Origin: Armatimonadota bacterium
GTDB taxonomy: Bacteria > Armatimonadota > UBA5829 > DTJY01
Length of the DNA: 64,000 nucleotides
NCBI GenBank assembly: GCA_963663705.1
Contig: OY760504.1
Location: 1,457,319-1,521,318, forward strand
Reading direction: 5' to 3'
Of this stretch, positions 10,307 through 20,784 are shown piece by piece. The notes under the pieces were generated by a model. The model was not told the DNA's origin, did no database searches, and saw only the letters and a list, made by a program, of their open reading frames with translations. A program made the translations under genes and the position numbers. Each line of letters opens with the position of its first letter. The stretch's first letter is position 1.

Positions 10307-10858
10307 ATGCACTTACCATTCCAACTGCCGCACTGGCTGATACCGGCTCATCTTACGATGCAGCATCTCGCGTTCATCGCGCTGGCCGGATTGACGCTTG
10401 GGTCTGCGCTGCTCGTCGTGACACTGAAGAATATTTTTCACAGCCTGCTTTTTCTGGCACTGTCGTTCATCGGCGTTGCGGGGATATACCTCCTGCTCTC
10501 CGCCGATTTTCTGGCAGCGGTACAGGTGCTTGTCTATATCGGCGCGATAATCATACTGCTGATGTTCGCCCTTATGCTAACTCATCGAGTGATGACAACC
10601 CGAATTGCGCAAACCATCGAGCAGTGGTGGCTGGCGCTCCCGATAGCAGCAGGCGTTCTGGTGGTACTCTTCCGCATATTCGTGTTGAACATATGGGAGT
10701 ACAAAGCGATGCCCGCACCGCCGACCACCGGCATCATCGGAAACGCCCTGCTCACGAAGTACGTGCTGCCGTTTGAAATGGCATCCATAGTCCTTCTTGT
10801 GGCGATGATTGGAGCGATTATTCTGGCCAAGGAGGACAAGCCTGATGATCCCGCTTGA
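10307..10858 (+). CDS. nuoJ: NADH-quinone oxidoreductase subunit J
   Basis: FLAAVQVLVYIGAI, YVLPFEMASIVLLVAMIGAI. Confidence 0.95.
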   Translation: MHLPFQLPHWLIPAHLTMQHLAFIALAGLTLGSALLVVTLKNIFHSLLFLALSFIGVAGIYLLLSADFLAAVQVLVYIGAIIILLMFALMLTHRVMTTRIAQTIEQWWLALPIAAGVLVVLFRIFVLNIWEYKAMPAPPTTGIIGNALLTKYVLPFEMASIVLLVAMIGAIILAKEDKPDDPA

Positions 10859-11153
10859 GTGGTATCTGATTTTGTCATCGGTGCTGTTCTGCATCGGCAT
10901 ATTCGGCGTGCTCAGCCGACGGAACGCGATCGGAATCCTTATGGGGATAGAGCTGATGATGAATGCCGCCAACATCAATCTGGTAGCCTTCGCCCGGTTC
11001 CTTCACCCGACGGTGCTGACCGGACAGATCTTCGCAGTCTTTGTGATCACGATTGCCGCCGCAGAAGCAGCGGTCGGTTTGGCCATAATAATCTCGGTTT
11101 ACAGGAACATCGAGCAGATCGACGTCGACAAGATCAACGTGATGAGATGGTAG
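10845..11153 (+). CDS. nuoK: NADH-quinone oxidoreductase subunit K
   Basis: RRNAIGILMGIELMMNAANIN, AAAEAAVGLAI; ATG 10845. Confidence 0.95.
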   Translation: MIPLEWYLILSSVLFCIGIFGVLSRRNAIGILMGIELMMNAANINLVAFARFLHPTVLTGQIFAVFVITIAAAEAAVGLAIIISVYRNIEQIDVDKINVMRW

Positions 11154-11532
11154 CGCCGGTAGTTCTACTGCCGATGCATTGCCGAGTTTGACATGGGGGC
11201 GATTGTTCCCTCACCCTGCCCTCTCCCGTTCGCGGGCGAGGGGGGAAAGTCCAACTTAGTGGATTCAATTTGTGCATAGAATGTCCGCAGGGACACTTCG
11301 TGCTCTTGTTGCCGCGGTTTCAACCGCATGGAGCCTTGATAACCAGTTTTTTATTGACTACGCTTGGTTGTATTGGTGACCTGCTGCCAATGCATTACCG
11401 ATTTGTTTTGAGGGCGTTTATCCCTTCACATGCTCGCGGCGAGGAAGTAAACGCTAGTAGTTGGTGACGGATTGTTTTAGTTTGTGCTATTATTCACGAT
11501 TGTTGTTGCACCGGTAGTTCTGCTGCCGATGT
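11150..11532. repeat. nuoK-nuoL spacer with two E-family hairpins (11156-11176, 11511-11531) and one A unit (11208-11244)
   Basis: CCGGTAGTTCT(A/G)CTGCCGATG direct repeat, 20/21 identical. Confidence 0.8.
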
Positions 11533-11563
11533 CTGGTAGTTATAAATATCTAACGAGGGCCGC

Positions 11564-13570
11564 ATGCCTGACTTTTTCAAACACATAATGGAATTAACAT
11601 GGCTCATCCCGGTACTGCCGCTGCTGGCATTCGGGCTTATTCTGCTGACAGGCAGGAGGGGCCCCGGCAATGGAGCGTACATCGGCATAGGGGCGATTGG
11701 TGCGTCATTCATACTGTCGCTGCTGGTCACAGGATCGACGGTACACTCGGCGTTCAGCAGTCATACGTTCGAGCCGTTTACCCGAAGCACGCTGTGGGCG
11801 CTCGTCGGGAACCTACCGATCAGGATGGGGTTCGCCGTCGATCAGCTCACCGTCATGATGCTCGTCGTGGTGACTACGGTCTCCTTGCTCGTCCAGATCT
11901 ACTCAATCGGTTACATGCACGGCGACCCGAGGTATCCGCGCTACTATGCATATCTATCGCTCTTCAGCGCAGCGATGCTCTCGCTGATCATCGCGGACAA
12001 CCTGCTGCTGTTTTACATCTCGTGGGAACTGGTCGGGCTGGCGTCGTATCTGCTCATCGGATTCTGGTTCGAGAAACCGTCCGCTATGCGTGCGGCAAAG
12101 AAGGCATTCATCGTCACGAGGGTCGGCGACGTTGGGCTGTTCCTCGGGCTGCTGCTCATCTTTTCAAAGACCGGCAACATAAATTTTCAGGCGATATTCC
12201 ACGCGATTCCGAGCATGTTCGGGATGACCGTGCTGGGGATACCGGTGCTACCGCTCGCAGGGATTCTGCTCTTCGCCGGAGCTGTCGGAAAATCGGCGCA
12301 ATTCCCGCTGCACGTATGGCTCCCGGATGCCATGGAAGGCCCGACTCCTGTCAGCGCGCTCATCCATGCGGCCACGATGGTCGCGGCGGGTGTCTACCTC
12401 GTCGGGCGAATGTATCCCGTCTTCCACTATTCGGACCATTCGGTATCGCTTCAGGTGGTTGCGATAATCGGTGCGACGACGGCGCTGTTCGCGGCAACAA
12501 TCGCCACCGTCCAGAATGACATCAAGCGGGTACTCGCATACTCGACCATCAGCCAGCTCGGATACATGATGCTTGGCCTTGGAGTCGGCGGATACACGGC
12601 CGGGCTCCTGCACCTTATGACTCATGCATTTTTCAAGGCCAACCTCTTCCTGGGATCGGGAAGCGTGATACATGGCACAGGCACGCAGGATATGCGAGAG
12701 ATGGGCGGCCTCAGCAAGAAGATGCCGAAGACCTACTGGACCTTTCTGATAGGTACCGCCGCACTTGCAGGACTGCCATTCACCGCTGGTTTCTTCAGCA
12801 AGGATGAAATTCTTCTTGAGGCATTCCATACGAATACTATTCTGTTCGCGGTAGGTTTGGCGGCGGCGTTTCTAACCGCCTTCTACATGACAAGGCTGGT
12901 TGCCCTCACATTCTGGGGTGAGCCGAGGGATCGTAAAATCCACGCTCACGAAAGCCCGAGGGTGATGACCACCCCGCTCATCGTGCTCGCGGTGCTGTCG
13001 ATAGTCGCCGGCTACGTGGCATGGCCGACCAGGAATCTGTTCCACCACTTCATCCACTTCGGTGGCGGCGAGGCACAGTTCAGTTGGACGGTTGCGCTCC
13101 TTGCGACATCAGCCGCACTCGCAGGAATCGGGATGGGGCTCGCATTCTTCGCACCTAAACGCATACTCTCACCGTCGATCTTCCGAGAGAAGCTTCCGTG
13201 GGCGTACAACCTGTTGCTGAACAAGTACTACATGGACGAGATCTACTGGGCGATTCTGGTTGTGCCGCTCTTCGTGGTGACGAAGACCCTCGCCCGCTTC
13301 GATCAACTGATCGTCGACGGCATAGTAAACGGGGTCGGATACATGACCGTGGGCCTGTCGATAGTCTGGGCCTGGTTCGATAAGTGGGTAATCGATGGGC
13401 TGGTGAACCTGATCGGCAGCGTGACGAAGCTCGGCGGGCGTGTGCTCAGGTACAGCCAGACGGGTGTCGTGCAGAATTACGCTCTGGTGCTCTTCGCAGG
13501 CGTACTTGTCATTGCGGCTTTCTACATATTTAACATTGGTTCATTGTTCCTGTTAGTTCTGGGACGGTAA
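11564..13570 (+). CDS. nuoL: NADH-quinone oxidoreductase subunit L
   Basis: GKSAQFPLHVWLPDAMEGPTPVSALIHAATMV. Confidence 0.97.
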   Translation: MPDFFKHIMELTWLIPVLPLLAFGLILLTGRRGPGNGAYIGIGAIGASFILSLLVTGSTVHSAFSSHTFEPFTRSTLWALVGNLPIRMGFAVDQLTVMMLVVVTTVSLLVQIYSIGYMHGDPRYPRYYAYLSLFSAAMLSLIIADNLLLFYISWELVGLASYLLIGFWFEKPSAMRAAKKAFIVTRVGDVGLFLGLLLIFSKTGNINFQAIFHAIPSMFGMTVLGIPVLPLAGILLFAGAVGKSAQFPLHVWLPDAMEGPTPVSALIHAATMVAAGVYLVGRMYPVFHYSDHSVSLQVVAIIGATTALFAATIATVQNDIKRVLAYSTISQLGYMMLGLGVGGYTAGLLHLMTHAFFKANLFLGSGSVIHGTGTQDMREMGGLSKKMPKTYWTFLIGTAALAGLPFTAGFFSKDEILLEAFHTNTILFAVGLAAAFLTAFYMTRLVALTFWGEPRDRKIHAHESPRVMTTPLIVLAVLSIVAGYVAWPTRNLFHHFIHFGGGEAQFSWTVALLATSAALAGIGMGLAFFAPKRILSPSIFREKLPWAYNLLLNKYYMDEIYWAILVVPLFVVTKTLARFDQLIVDGIVNGVGYMTVGLSIVWAWFDKWVIDGLVNLIGSVTKLGGRVLRYSQTGVVQNYALVLFAGVLVIAAFYIFNIGSLFLLVLGR

Positions 13571-13623
13571 GTAGCTCGAAAACCGGTAATCTATTGCTTA
13601 ACAATTTTGGAGGCACCTGCCTG

Positions 13624-15153
13624 ATGGATAAATGGATTCTGTCATTAATTACTTTCATACCGCTGATTGGGGGGCTTGCGATCCTTTTGATACCGAAGGA
13701 TAAGCACCTGGCGATAAAGCTGACGGCTCTACTGTTCAGCCTGCCACCGCTCGTCCTCTCGATCATCATGTGGGCTGGCTACTACCACTCCGGCGGCGGC
13801 ATGAAATACGTGGTGAAGATTCCGTGGATTCAACTGCTGAACGTACATTACTACATGGGCGTCGACGGTATCAGCGTGCCGATGGTCTTCCTGTCAACAC
13901 TGCTGACCACGCTCGTCATCATCTATTCGTGGATCATCAACGAGCGCCCGAAGGAGTACTTCGCGCTCTTCATGTTCCTTGAGATGGGCATGATCGGCGT
14001 CTTCACGTCACTCGATTTCTTCCTGTTCTACATATTCTGGGAGATCAGCCTGGTGCCAATGTACTTCATCATCGGCGTATGGGGCGGCCCTCGCAGAGAG
14101 TATGCGGCAATCAAGTTCTTCCTGTACACGCTGGTCGGTAGTGTCGCGATGCTCCTCGCGATTATCGCCATATACTTCAATGTGCATACATTCAGCATCC
14201 CTGATGCCATACGACTGCTGCCGTTCTCAGAACCCAAGCAATTTGCAATACAATCGCTGGTATTTCTGGCGTTCTTCCTTGGCTTTGCGATCAAGGTTCC
14301 GGTGTGGCCGTTCCATACATGGCTTCCTGACGCTCACGTTGAGGCTCCGACCGCCGGCAGCGTAATACTGGCAGGGATTCTGCTCAAACTCGGCGGCTAC
14401 GGGTTCCTGCGAATTCTTCTCCCAATGCTTCCCAAGGCCTGCCACGAGTATGCCATCTACATCGCAATTCTGGCCGTGATCAGCATAATCTACGGCGCAC
14501 TCGTCGCTATGGCCCAGAAGGATATGAAAAAGCTGATCGCCTACTCTTCCGTCAACCATATGGGCTACGTTATGCTCGGCATCGCGGCTGCGGCAGCGAT
14601 CATCCCTGCAGGAGCCGATCAAGCTGCCGCCATCAATAACAAGGCTATGGCCCTGAACGGTGTGATGCTTCAGATGTTCGCGCACGGACTGATCACCGGC
14701 GGATTATTTCTTCTGGTCGGCGTTGTCTACGAGCGCACGCACAACCGTGACCTCAGCCAGTTCGGTGGGCTGGGTGCGAGGGTTCCTGTTTACGGCGGAC
14801 TGCTCTCCTTTATGGCGTTTGCATCTCTTGGACTACCGGGCCTTGCCGGATTCGTCGCCGAGTTCTTCATATTCAGAGGCGCCTTCCCGATCTACACGAC
14901 TATGACCGCACTGGCATGCATCGGTATAGTGGTCAACGCTGCGTACCTGCTCTGGATGCTTCAGAGAATACTGCTCGGTCCGCTGAACGTTCAATGGGCC
15001 GGGATTCCGGATATTGATCGGCGGGAAGTCCTGTCACTGGCTCCGCTGGTAGCGCTTACCATTCTGATTGGTGTCCTGCCGGCGATACTACTTAATACAT
15101 GGAACGGCACGCTTATTCAGATTGTCAAAGCCGTCGCACTTGGCGGAGGTTAG
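13624..15153 (+). CDS. nuoM: NADH-quinone oxidoreductase subunit M
   Basis: KVPVWPFHTWLPDAHVEAPTAGS; ATG 13624 after GGAGG. Confidence 0.97.
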   Translation: MDKWILSLITFIPLIGGLAILLIPKDKHLAIKLTALLFSLPPLVLSIIMWAGYYHSGGGMKYVVKIPWIQLLNVHYYMGVDGISVPMVFLSTLLTTLVIIYSWIINERPKEYFALFMFLEMGMIGVFTSLDFFLFYIFWEISLVPMYFIIGVWGGPRREYAAIKFFLYTLVGSVAMLLAIIAIYFNVHTFSIPDAIRLLPFSEPKQFAIQSLVFLAFFLGFAIKVPVWPFHTWLPDAHVEAPTAGSVILAGILLKLGGYGFLRILLPMLPKACHEYAIYIAILAVISIIYGALVAMAQKDMKKLIAYSSVNHMGYVMLGIAAAAAIIPAGADQAAAINNKAMALNGVMLQMFAHGLITGGLFLLVGVVYERTHNRDLSQFGGLGARVPVYGGLLSFMAFASLGLPGLAGFVAEFFIFRGAFPIYTTMTALACIGIVVNAAYLLWMLQRILLGPLNVQWAGIPDIDRREVLSLAPLVALTILIGVLPAILLNTWNGTLIQIVKAVALGGG

Positions 15154-15155
15154 AT

Positions 15156-16616
15156 TTGAACTTCAATCTCTTTTACATATCGCCTGAACTGATCCTTACG
15201 ATCGGGGGAATACTGGTTCTCGGACTCGGCCTGAGCTCGAGGAAGCGCTCGGGGATCGGTGCGCCTGAAATCGCGTGTGCGCTCGTCCTGTTTGCGGCAC
15301 TCATACCGTCGATGCTGCTGCTTATCAAGGGCATAAACGCAACCCAATTCGGCTCTCTGCTCGCGGTCGATGGCTTTGCGATCTTCTTCAAGATCCTCGC
15401 CATCCTATCCACGGCAATAGTAGCGATCGTCTCGTTTGCCTTCTTCAAGGACAGGCAGTTTCATCGCACGGAGTATTATTCACTGCTCATCTTCGCCACG
15501 CTTGCGATCACTACCCTCGCAGCCTCGATGGATTTGATCATGATCTTCCTGTCGATGGAGTTTCTGAGCATCACATCGTACATACTGGTCGGCTACCTGA
15601 AGCACGACGCAAAGTCGAACGAGGCTTCAATCAAGTATTTCCTGTACGGCTCGATAGCATCCGCTGTGATGCTCTACGGCATGTCGATGCTTTACGGGCT
15701 GACGGGAACGACGAATATTCTGGATATCTCCACGACATTCAGGCTCAATCCTGCATCAGAGCCCCTGCTCATGCTGTCGGCCGTCATGGTACTGGTTGGC
15801 CTCGGGTTCAAGATAGCGATGGTTCCATTTCACCAGTGGTCGCCGGATACCTATGAAGGCGCCCCCACCCCAATCACCGCATTTCTGTCTGTCGGATCGA
15901 AGGCGGCGGGGTTTGCCGTACTCGTGCGTGTGCTGGCTACCGGCATCTCGCCCGACATACTTGATTGGACACCGCTCATCATCGTCCTGTCCGGCATTAC
16001 GATGACTTTGGGCAACTTGATCGCCATCCCGCAGACTAACATCAAGAGGATGCTCGCATACAGCAGCATCGCTCATGCAGGATACCTGCTCCTCGGTGTG
16101 GCAGCGATGACATACAGCCCGATAGCGATCCCGGCCATACTGATCTACCTTTTTGCATACCTGTTCATGAACCTCGGCGCATTTGCGGTCGTGATTCTTA
16201 TATCGTCGCGCCTTGGCTCCGACGATATAAGAGACTACGCCGGACTGGTGAAGCGTGCGCCGGTGCCTGCCTTTGCGCTGGTGATCTTCCTGCTCTCCCT
16301 TTCGGGCATCCCTCCGACTGCCGGTTTCTTTGGCAAGTTCTATCTCTTTTCAGCCGCGATACAATCAAACAACCCAGCGATATTCTGGCTGACGGTAGTT
16401 GCAATAGTGAACACCATTATATCGGTGTATTACTATTTGAACGTTGTGCGGCAGATGTTTTTCGTGAGATCCAAACAGACTACCCCGATCAGGTCATCAA
16501 GGCCGCTGAATTTCGTCATAGGGCTGACGATGGCGATGACGCTCGCCATACTGCTCTATCCACAGCCGTTCATCGTTATGGCGCAGATGTCCGCCCGCAT
16601 GATCGAGGGCATGTAG
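15156..16616 (+). CDS. nuoN: NADH-quinone oxidoreductase subunit N
   Basis: FKIAMVPFHQWSPDTYEGAPTP, KRMLAYSSIAHAGY; TTG 15156 after GGAGG. Confidence 0.97.
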   Translation: MNFNLFYISPELILTIGGILVLGLGLSSRKRSGIGAPEIACALVLFAALIPSMLLLIKGINATQFGSLLAVDGFAIFFKILAILSTAIVAIVSFAFFKDRQFHRTEYYSLLIFATLAITTLAASMDLIMIFLSMEFLSITSYILVGYLKHDAKSNEASIKYFLYGSIASAVMLYGMSMLYGLTGTTNILDISTTFRLNPASEPLLMLSAVMVLVGLGFKIAMVPFHQWSPDTYEGAPTPITAFLSVGSKAAGFAVLVRVLATGISPDILDWTPLIIVLSGITMTLGNLIAIPQTNIKRMLAYSSIAHAGYLLLGVAAMTYSPIAIPAILIYLFAYLFMNLGAFAVVILISSRLGSDDIRDYAGLVKRAPVPAFALVIFLLSLSGIPPTAGFFGKFYLFSAAIQSNNPAIFWLTVVAIVNTIISVYYYLNVVRQMFFVRSKQTTPIRSSRPLNFVIGLTMAMTLAILLYPQPFIVMAQMSARMIEGM

Positions 16617-16629
16617 AAAGTCGTATGTA

Positions 16630-17157
16630 ATGGAAACAAAGCGAACTGACCCAAAGACCAATCGACCGATTCTGACGATACCCGTCACGCCGCAATGGCG
16701 GTATATCGATTTGGCATGCATCGCTGCAGTGGTGGCAAACGCCGTGATGACCGCATACGCGTGGGTTTCGCTTCCGGCTGTCATCCCTACCCATTTCGGA
16801 CTCTCCGGCACACCGGATGCATGGGGGCCGAAAGCCACTATATTACTTGGCCCTGGAATGGCGCTCGTCCTTTACACGCTTCTCAGTTTGGTGACCAGAA
16901 TCGGCCCGCACAAGTTCAACTACCCTGTTGAGATCACGGAAGAGAACGCCGAGCGGATGTATACTCTGTCGCTCTCCATGATGCGCTGGCTCAAACTGGG
17001 ATTACTGTTGATGTTTGCCTTCATCCAGTATGCTACCATTCAGGCATCTCTTGGGAAACAGAGCGGCAACGTAATCGGGGTTGCAACAATCGCGGGAGTG
17101 CTGGCATCATTCGCCATGATGATATATTTCATGGCAAAATTCACAAAGGACAAGTGA
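16630..17157 (+). CDS. DUF1648 domain membrane protein
   Basis: LPAVIPTHFGLSGTPDAWG, FNYPVEITEENAERMY. Confidence 0.85.
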   Translation: METKRTDPKTNRPILTIPVTPQWRYIDLACIAAVVANAVMTAYAWVSLPAVIPTHFGLSGTPDAWGPKATILLGPGMALVLYTLLSLVTRIGPHKFNYPVEITEENAERMYTLSLSMMRWLKLGLLLMFAFIQYATIQASLGKQSGNVIGVATIAGVLASFAMMIYFMAKFTKDK

Positions 17158-17876
17158 CCTATTTGCAGATCAACACCGATTCAAAAGAGCAATATATCGA
17201 AGAGTTATTCTCGTCTATTGCGCCGCGATACGATCTGCTGAATACTATTCTCAGCTTCAACTGCCATAAGTCATGGCGGCGGTTTGCTGTAGCAAAGTGT
17301 GGTCTTTCACCCGGCGACAGTGCGCTCGATGTGGCGGCAGGCACCCTCGATTTGAGCATCGAGCTTGCAGGGGCAGTCAGCACGACCGGCAGCGTGGTGG
17401 GCGTCGATTTCTGCAAGCCAATGCTGGATATCGGCCGGCGCAAGATCGAGCGAAGGGGAATCGACAACATATCTGCAGTTTACGGGAACGCTGAACATCT
17501 GCCCGTGCCGTCGAACTCCTTCACGGCAGCGACTATCGGGTTCGCACTGCGGAATGTCGCAAGCATCGAGAACACACTTGCTGAGATGACGAGAGCCGTG
17601 AAACCCGGCGGTAGAGTAGTCTCGCTGGAGCTTGCGAAACCTGTATGGCCGGTTTTCAGAGAGATATATGCACTTTATTTTCAACGTATCCTACCGCTGG
17701 TCGGAGGAGCAATCAACAAAAAGAGAGAACCTTACCAGTATCTACCGGAATCGCTGGCACGTTTCTGTTCAAGAGAAGAGTTATCGCAGATAATGCAAAA
17801 AGTTGGATTGACCGATATCAGAATATACAATCTTACCGGTGGGATAGTGGCCGTTCATGTGGGGGTGAAGAAGTGA
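17154..17876 (+). CDS. menG: Demethylmenaquinone methyltransferase (MenG/UbiE)
   Basis: FSSIAPRYDLLN, LDVAAGT, IGFALRNV, YQYLPESL. Confidence 0.92.
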   Translation: MTYLQINTDSKEQYIEELFSSIAPRYDLLNTILSFNCHKSWRRFAVAKCGLSPGDSALDVAAGTLDLSIELAGAVSTTGSVVGVDFCKPMLDIGRRKIERRGIDNISAVYGNAEHLPVPSNSFTAATIGFALRNVASIENTLAEMTRAVKPGGRVVSLELAKPVWPVFREIYALYFQRILPLVGGAINKKREPYQYLPESLARFCSREELSQIMQKVGLTDIRIYNLTGGIVAVHVGVKK

Positions 17877-18874
17877 GTATACAGGCCCCTAACATCAAAG
17901 ACCAGGTATTCCAGCAATCGATTGAAGGATTGCTGGCACGGGTGGAAGTCGCACTACACTCGCAGCTGACATCGTCGGTCCGCACAGTCACCGATGTATC
18001 GAACCACCTGCTGGACTCCGGCGGGAAGCGACTTCGGCCGTCGCTCGTGCTTCTTTCGGCGCAAACGTGCGGGATAACCGCCGATGTCGACGCTCTGATC
18101 GACGTCGCAGCGAGCACTGAACTGATCCACATGGCAACGCTCATGCACGACGACGTGATCGACGGCTCCGACTCCCGGCGCGGGCGGATCACCGCAAACG
18201 CGTTCTGGGGCAACCAGATTTCCATCCTCACGGGCGATTACGTCCTGACGAAGGCCGTGACGCTGCTAGCCAGGCATGGTGACATGCGAATTCTTGAGGC
18301 ACTATCGGATGCAACCTCCGCCATGGTGGAAGGTGAGATCAGCCAGATGGAATCGAGGGGCGACACGCAGGCACTTACGGCGTCATACCTGTACATCATT
18401 CAGAATAAAACCGCCGAGTTCATATCGGCGTGCTGCAAGATAGGCTCAATAGTAGCAGGGGCTTTAGACGAAGAAGAAAGCGCTCTCGGGAGCTATGGAC
18501 TGAACCTTGGGATCGCCTTCCAGATCACGGACGACCTGCTCGATTTGATGGGCGATGTGGCGCGTACAGGTAAGCCTGTTGGCGGCGATATCCGCGAGGG
18601 CAAGATCACCATGCCGATCATCCTGGCACTGGACAAGGCTAACTCGACTGAGCGTGCGAGGCTTGAGGCGATCATCCACGATGAGAACACCACTGAGGCA
18701 GATATCGAGTTCGTGCGAAACCTCGCCGAATCCACCGGCGCCATCGAGGGCTCACGGCAGGCGGCAGCCCGTTACGTCGATCTCGCGATCGAAAACCTCT
18801 CACCCTTCCCTGAGTCGAACTCGCGGGATTTACTCGTGGAACTCGTACAGTCCGTCCTCCACCGCAAGAGCTGA
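17873..18874 (+). CDS. Polyprenyl (heptaprenyl-type) diphosphate synthase
   Basis: GGKRLRP, HDDVID..RRG, FQITDDLLD, GKPVGGDIREGK; GTG 17873. Confidence 0.93.
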   Translation: MSIQAPNIKDQVFQQSIEGLLARVEVALHSQLTSSVRTVTDVSNHLLDSGGKRLRPSLVLLSAQTCGITADVDALIDVAASTELIHMATLMHDDVIDGSDSRRGRITANAFWGNQISILTGDYVLTKAVTLLARHGDMRILEALSDATSAMVEGEISQMESRGDTQALTASYLYIIQNKTAEFISACCKIGSIVAGALDEEESALGSYGLNLGIAFQITDDLLDLMGDVARTGKPVGGDIREGKITMPIILALDKANSTERARLEAIIHDENTTEADIEFVRNLAESTGAIEGSRQAAARYVDLAIENLSPFPESNSRDLLVELVQSVLHRKS

Positions 18875-18925
18875 TCCAACAGTGGGTATAATCAAATATA
18901 CGACAGTCGATATTTTCGGGGGTAT

Positions 18926-19132
18926 ATGATGGCAGATGAATCGAATAGCAAAAAGAAATCGGCGCCAATCTGCAGAAACTCGGGGCCAAGCATCGGAATC
19001 GCAGTGGGCGCAGTAATAGCAGGATTGATTTCATGGGAGCACACGCACTCCTTGGGATGGACGTTGCTTCATGTGTTTTTCAACTGGATTTACGTCATAT
19101 ACAGCTGGATAACGGGTAAAGTCTACTGGTAA
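18926..19132 (+). CDS. Small hypothetical membrane protein
   Basis: 68 aa, hydrophobic GIAVGAVIAGLISW..HSLGW..H...WIYVIY; GGGGG RBS. Confidence 0.65.
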   Translation: MMADESNSKKKSAPICRNSGPSIGIAVGAVIAGLISWEHTHSLGWTLLHVFFNWIYVIYSWITGKVYW

Positions 19133-19204
19133 TGAAATTACAAAGGTTAATCAGAATGGTGGATGACATATCGTCCACCGTCGCCGATCTAATCCATACA
19201 GGAC

Positions 19205-19233
19205 TTGACATCACCGCACCAGTCGGGTAAAAT
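19205..19233 (+). promoter_or_regulatory. sigma70 promoter of tRNA-Pro
   Basis: TTGACA-17-TAAAAT. Confidence 0.75.
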
Positions 19234-19256
19234 AAGCAGGTACAAAGCAAGTGCGT

Positions 19257-19334
19257 CGGGGTGTAGCTCAGCTTGGTAGAGCGCTCGTTTCGGGTGCGAG
19301 AGGTCCGCTGGTTCGAATCCAGTCACCCCGACCA
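19257..19334 (+). tRNA. tRNA-Pro(CGG)
   Basis: Cloverleaf CGGGGTG...CACCCCGACCA, anticodon loop TTCGGGT, GTTCGAATC. Confidence 0.96.
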
Positions 19335-19365
19335 TCAATTTCCTCTGGCTGAGGAGAGTGTTTCA

Positions 19366-20784
19366 TTGCATTTAAAATCTCAAACCAGCCGCTATTCTGA
19401 TTTTTTTCCACTCTTCACCGCTTTCGTTCTCGCGATATTTGTCTCCTGTTTTTTTACGCTTTTCGCGCATGCCGACAGCCTCCTGCAGACGGTGCGCATC
19501 GGCCTTGTAGCGAATGTCGGAAAACCCACCGCTATCACTCTATCATCCAAAGATCAGTTCCAAATTTGTGACGTCTCAGGCCAGAATCTAACTCCTGCGG
19601 TCACCACCGGCGAAGTCGGCTTCACCACAAACGGCGGCGGTATACAGGTGTTTCAGGCAGGCGTCGATCTCGGCACCTTCGCGAGCCCCATACGGCTGAT
19701 CCCTGGAGACGACAAGTCAGCCTTTGAGTTCAGCTCGCCCAGGATGAAGAATAATCGCTACAAGCACATCCTTGAGATCCGCGGCGGGTCGAGGCTGTCG
19801 GTCGTGAACGAACTACCACTTGAAGACTACATTAGGGGCGTGATACCGATCGAAGTCCCGAAGATGTTCCAACATGAGGCTCAGAAGGCCCTCGTACTGG
19901 CGATCAGGACTTATGCCATCACAAGCCTCTCCCGTCACAAGGCCGATGGGTTCAACTTATGCGATAACACGAACTGCCAGTGCTTTGCAGGTGCATCCAG
20001 AGAGGCCGCATGGGTCGATACTCTGATTGATGAGACCCGAGGGCAGATCATCACCTACAACGGCGAGCCGATACACGCCCTCTACTCCACAGACTGCGGC
20101 GGCTCGACGCAGAACAACGAGGACGCAGGTACAGGAAAGACTGTCTGGCCGTATCTCCGCGCCGTATCTGACAGCCCTGGTCCAAACGCCGATGACTACT
20201 GCAGCGCAAGTAAAAGTCACAAGTGGAGCCTTACTTATACGCTCGATGAGCTGAGTCGGAAGCTAGGTCAGACGAGTAAGATCGGCACACTGCAGTCGAT
20301 GGAATTCCCGGAATACGACATCTCCGGTCGGGTGAAGACGGTCCTGTTAAAAGGCGACCTTGGGGAATCCCGCATTACCGGCAGCCGGTTCAGGGATTTG
20401 ATTGGGCTGGATACGATCAAAAGCACGCGCCTGACTCTTACCGTGACACCGGAAGGCGCATATACAATCGAGGGCAAAGGCTACGGACATGGGATGGGCA
20501 TGTGCGCGTTCGGAGCGAACGGCATGGCAAAATCCGACGCGAGGATCACCTATGTCGATATCCTGAAGCACTATTATGCAGGGGTTGACATCACCGGCAT
20601 GACTGGCGCCATTGCGATGAACGGCAATTCGGTTGTCGACAACCAGCCTTCGCAAGCTCTGCCTGATTCGACGAGTGTCGAGGTCAAGGCGCCTACAGAA
20701 AAAGCACCAGCTCCCAAACCAGCTAAACGTGCCTCAGTATCCAATAAATCCCTTGCGCTCCCCAGTAGGGCAGCCGTCAACTAG
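19366..20784 (+). CDS. SpoIID/LytB domain protein
   Basis: VVNELPLEDYIRGV, EAQKA..RTYA, GYGHGMGMC, ILKHYY; TTG 19366 after GAGGAG. Confidence 0.92.
   Translation: MHLKSQTSRYSDFFPLFTAFVLAIFVSCFFTLFAHADSLLQTVRIGLVANVGKPTAITLSSKDQFQICDVSGQNLTPAVTTGEVGFTTNGGGIQVFQAGVDLGTFASPIRLIPGDDKSAFEFSSPRMKNNRYKHILEIRGGSRLSVVNELPLEDYIRGVIPIEVPKMFQHEAQKALVLAIRTYAITSLSRHKADGFNLCDNTNCQCFAGASREAAWVDTLIDETRGQIITYNGEPIHALYSTDCGGSTQNNEDAGTGKTVWPYLRAVSDSPGPNADDYCSASKSHKWSLTYTLDELSRKLGQTSKIGTLQSMEFPEYDISGRVKTVLLKGDLGESRITGSRFRDLIGLDTIKSTRLTLTVTPEGAYTIEGKGYGHGMGMCAFGANGMAKSDARITYVDILKHYYAGVDITGMTGAIAMNGNSVVDNQPSQALPDSTSVEVKAPTEKAPAPKPAKRASVSNKSLALPSRAAVN

Noticed and set aside
19257-19365. tRNA-targeted genomic island, and N-terminal ORF extensions over tRNAs (19273, 62043)
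   Set aside because: No duplicated tRNA 3' end or integrase seen; the extensions overlap tRNA genes and better RBS-supported starts exist
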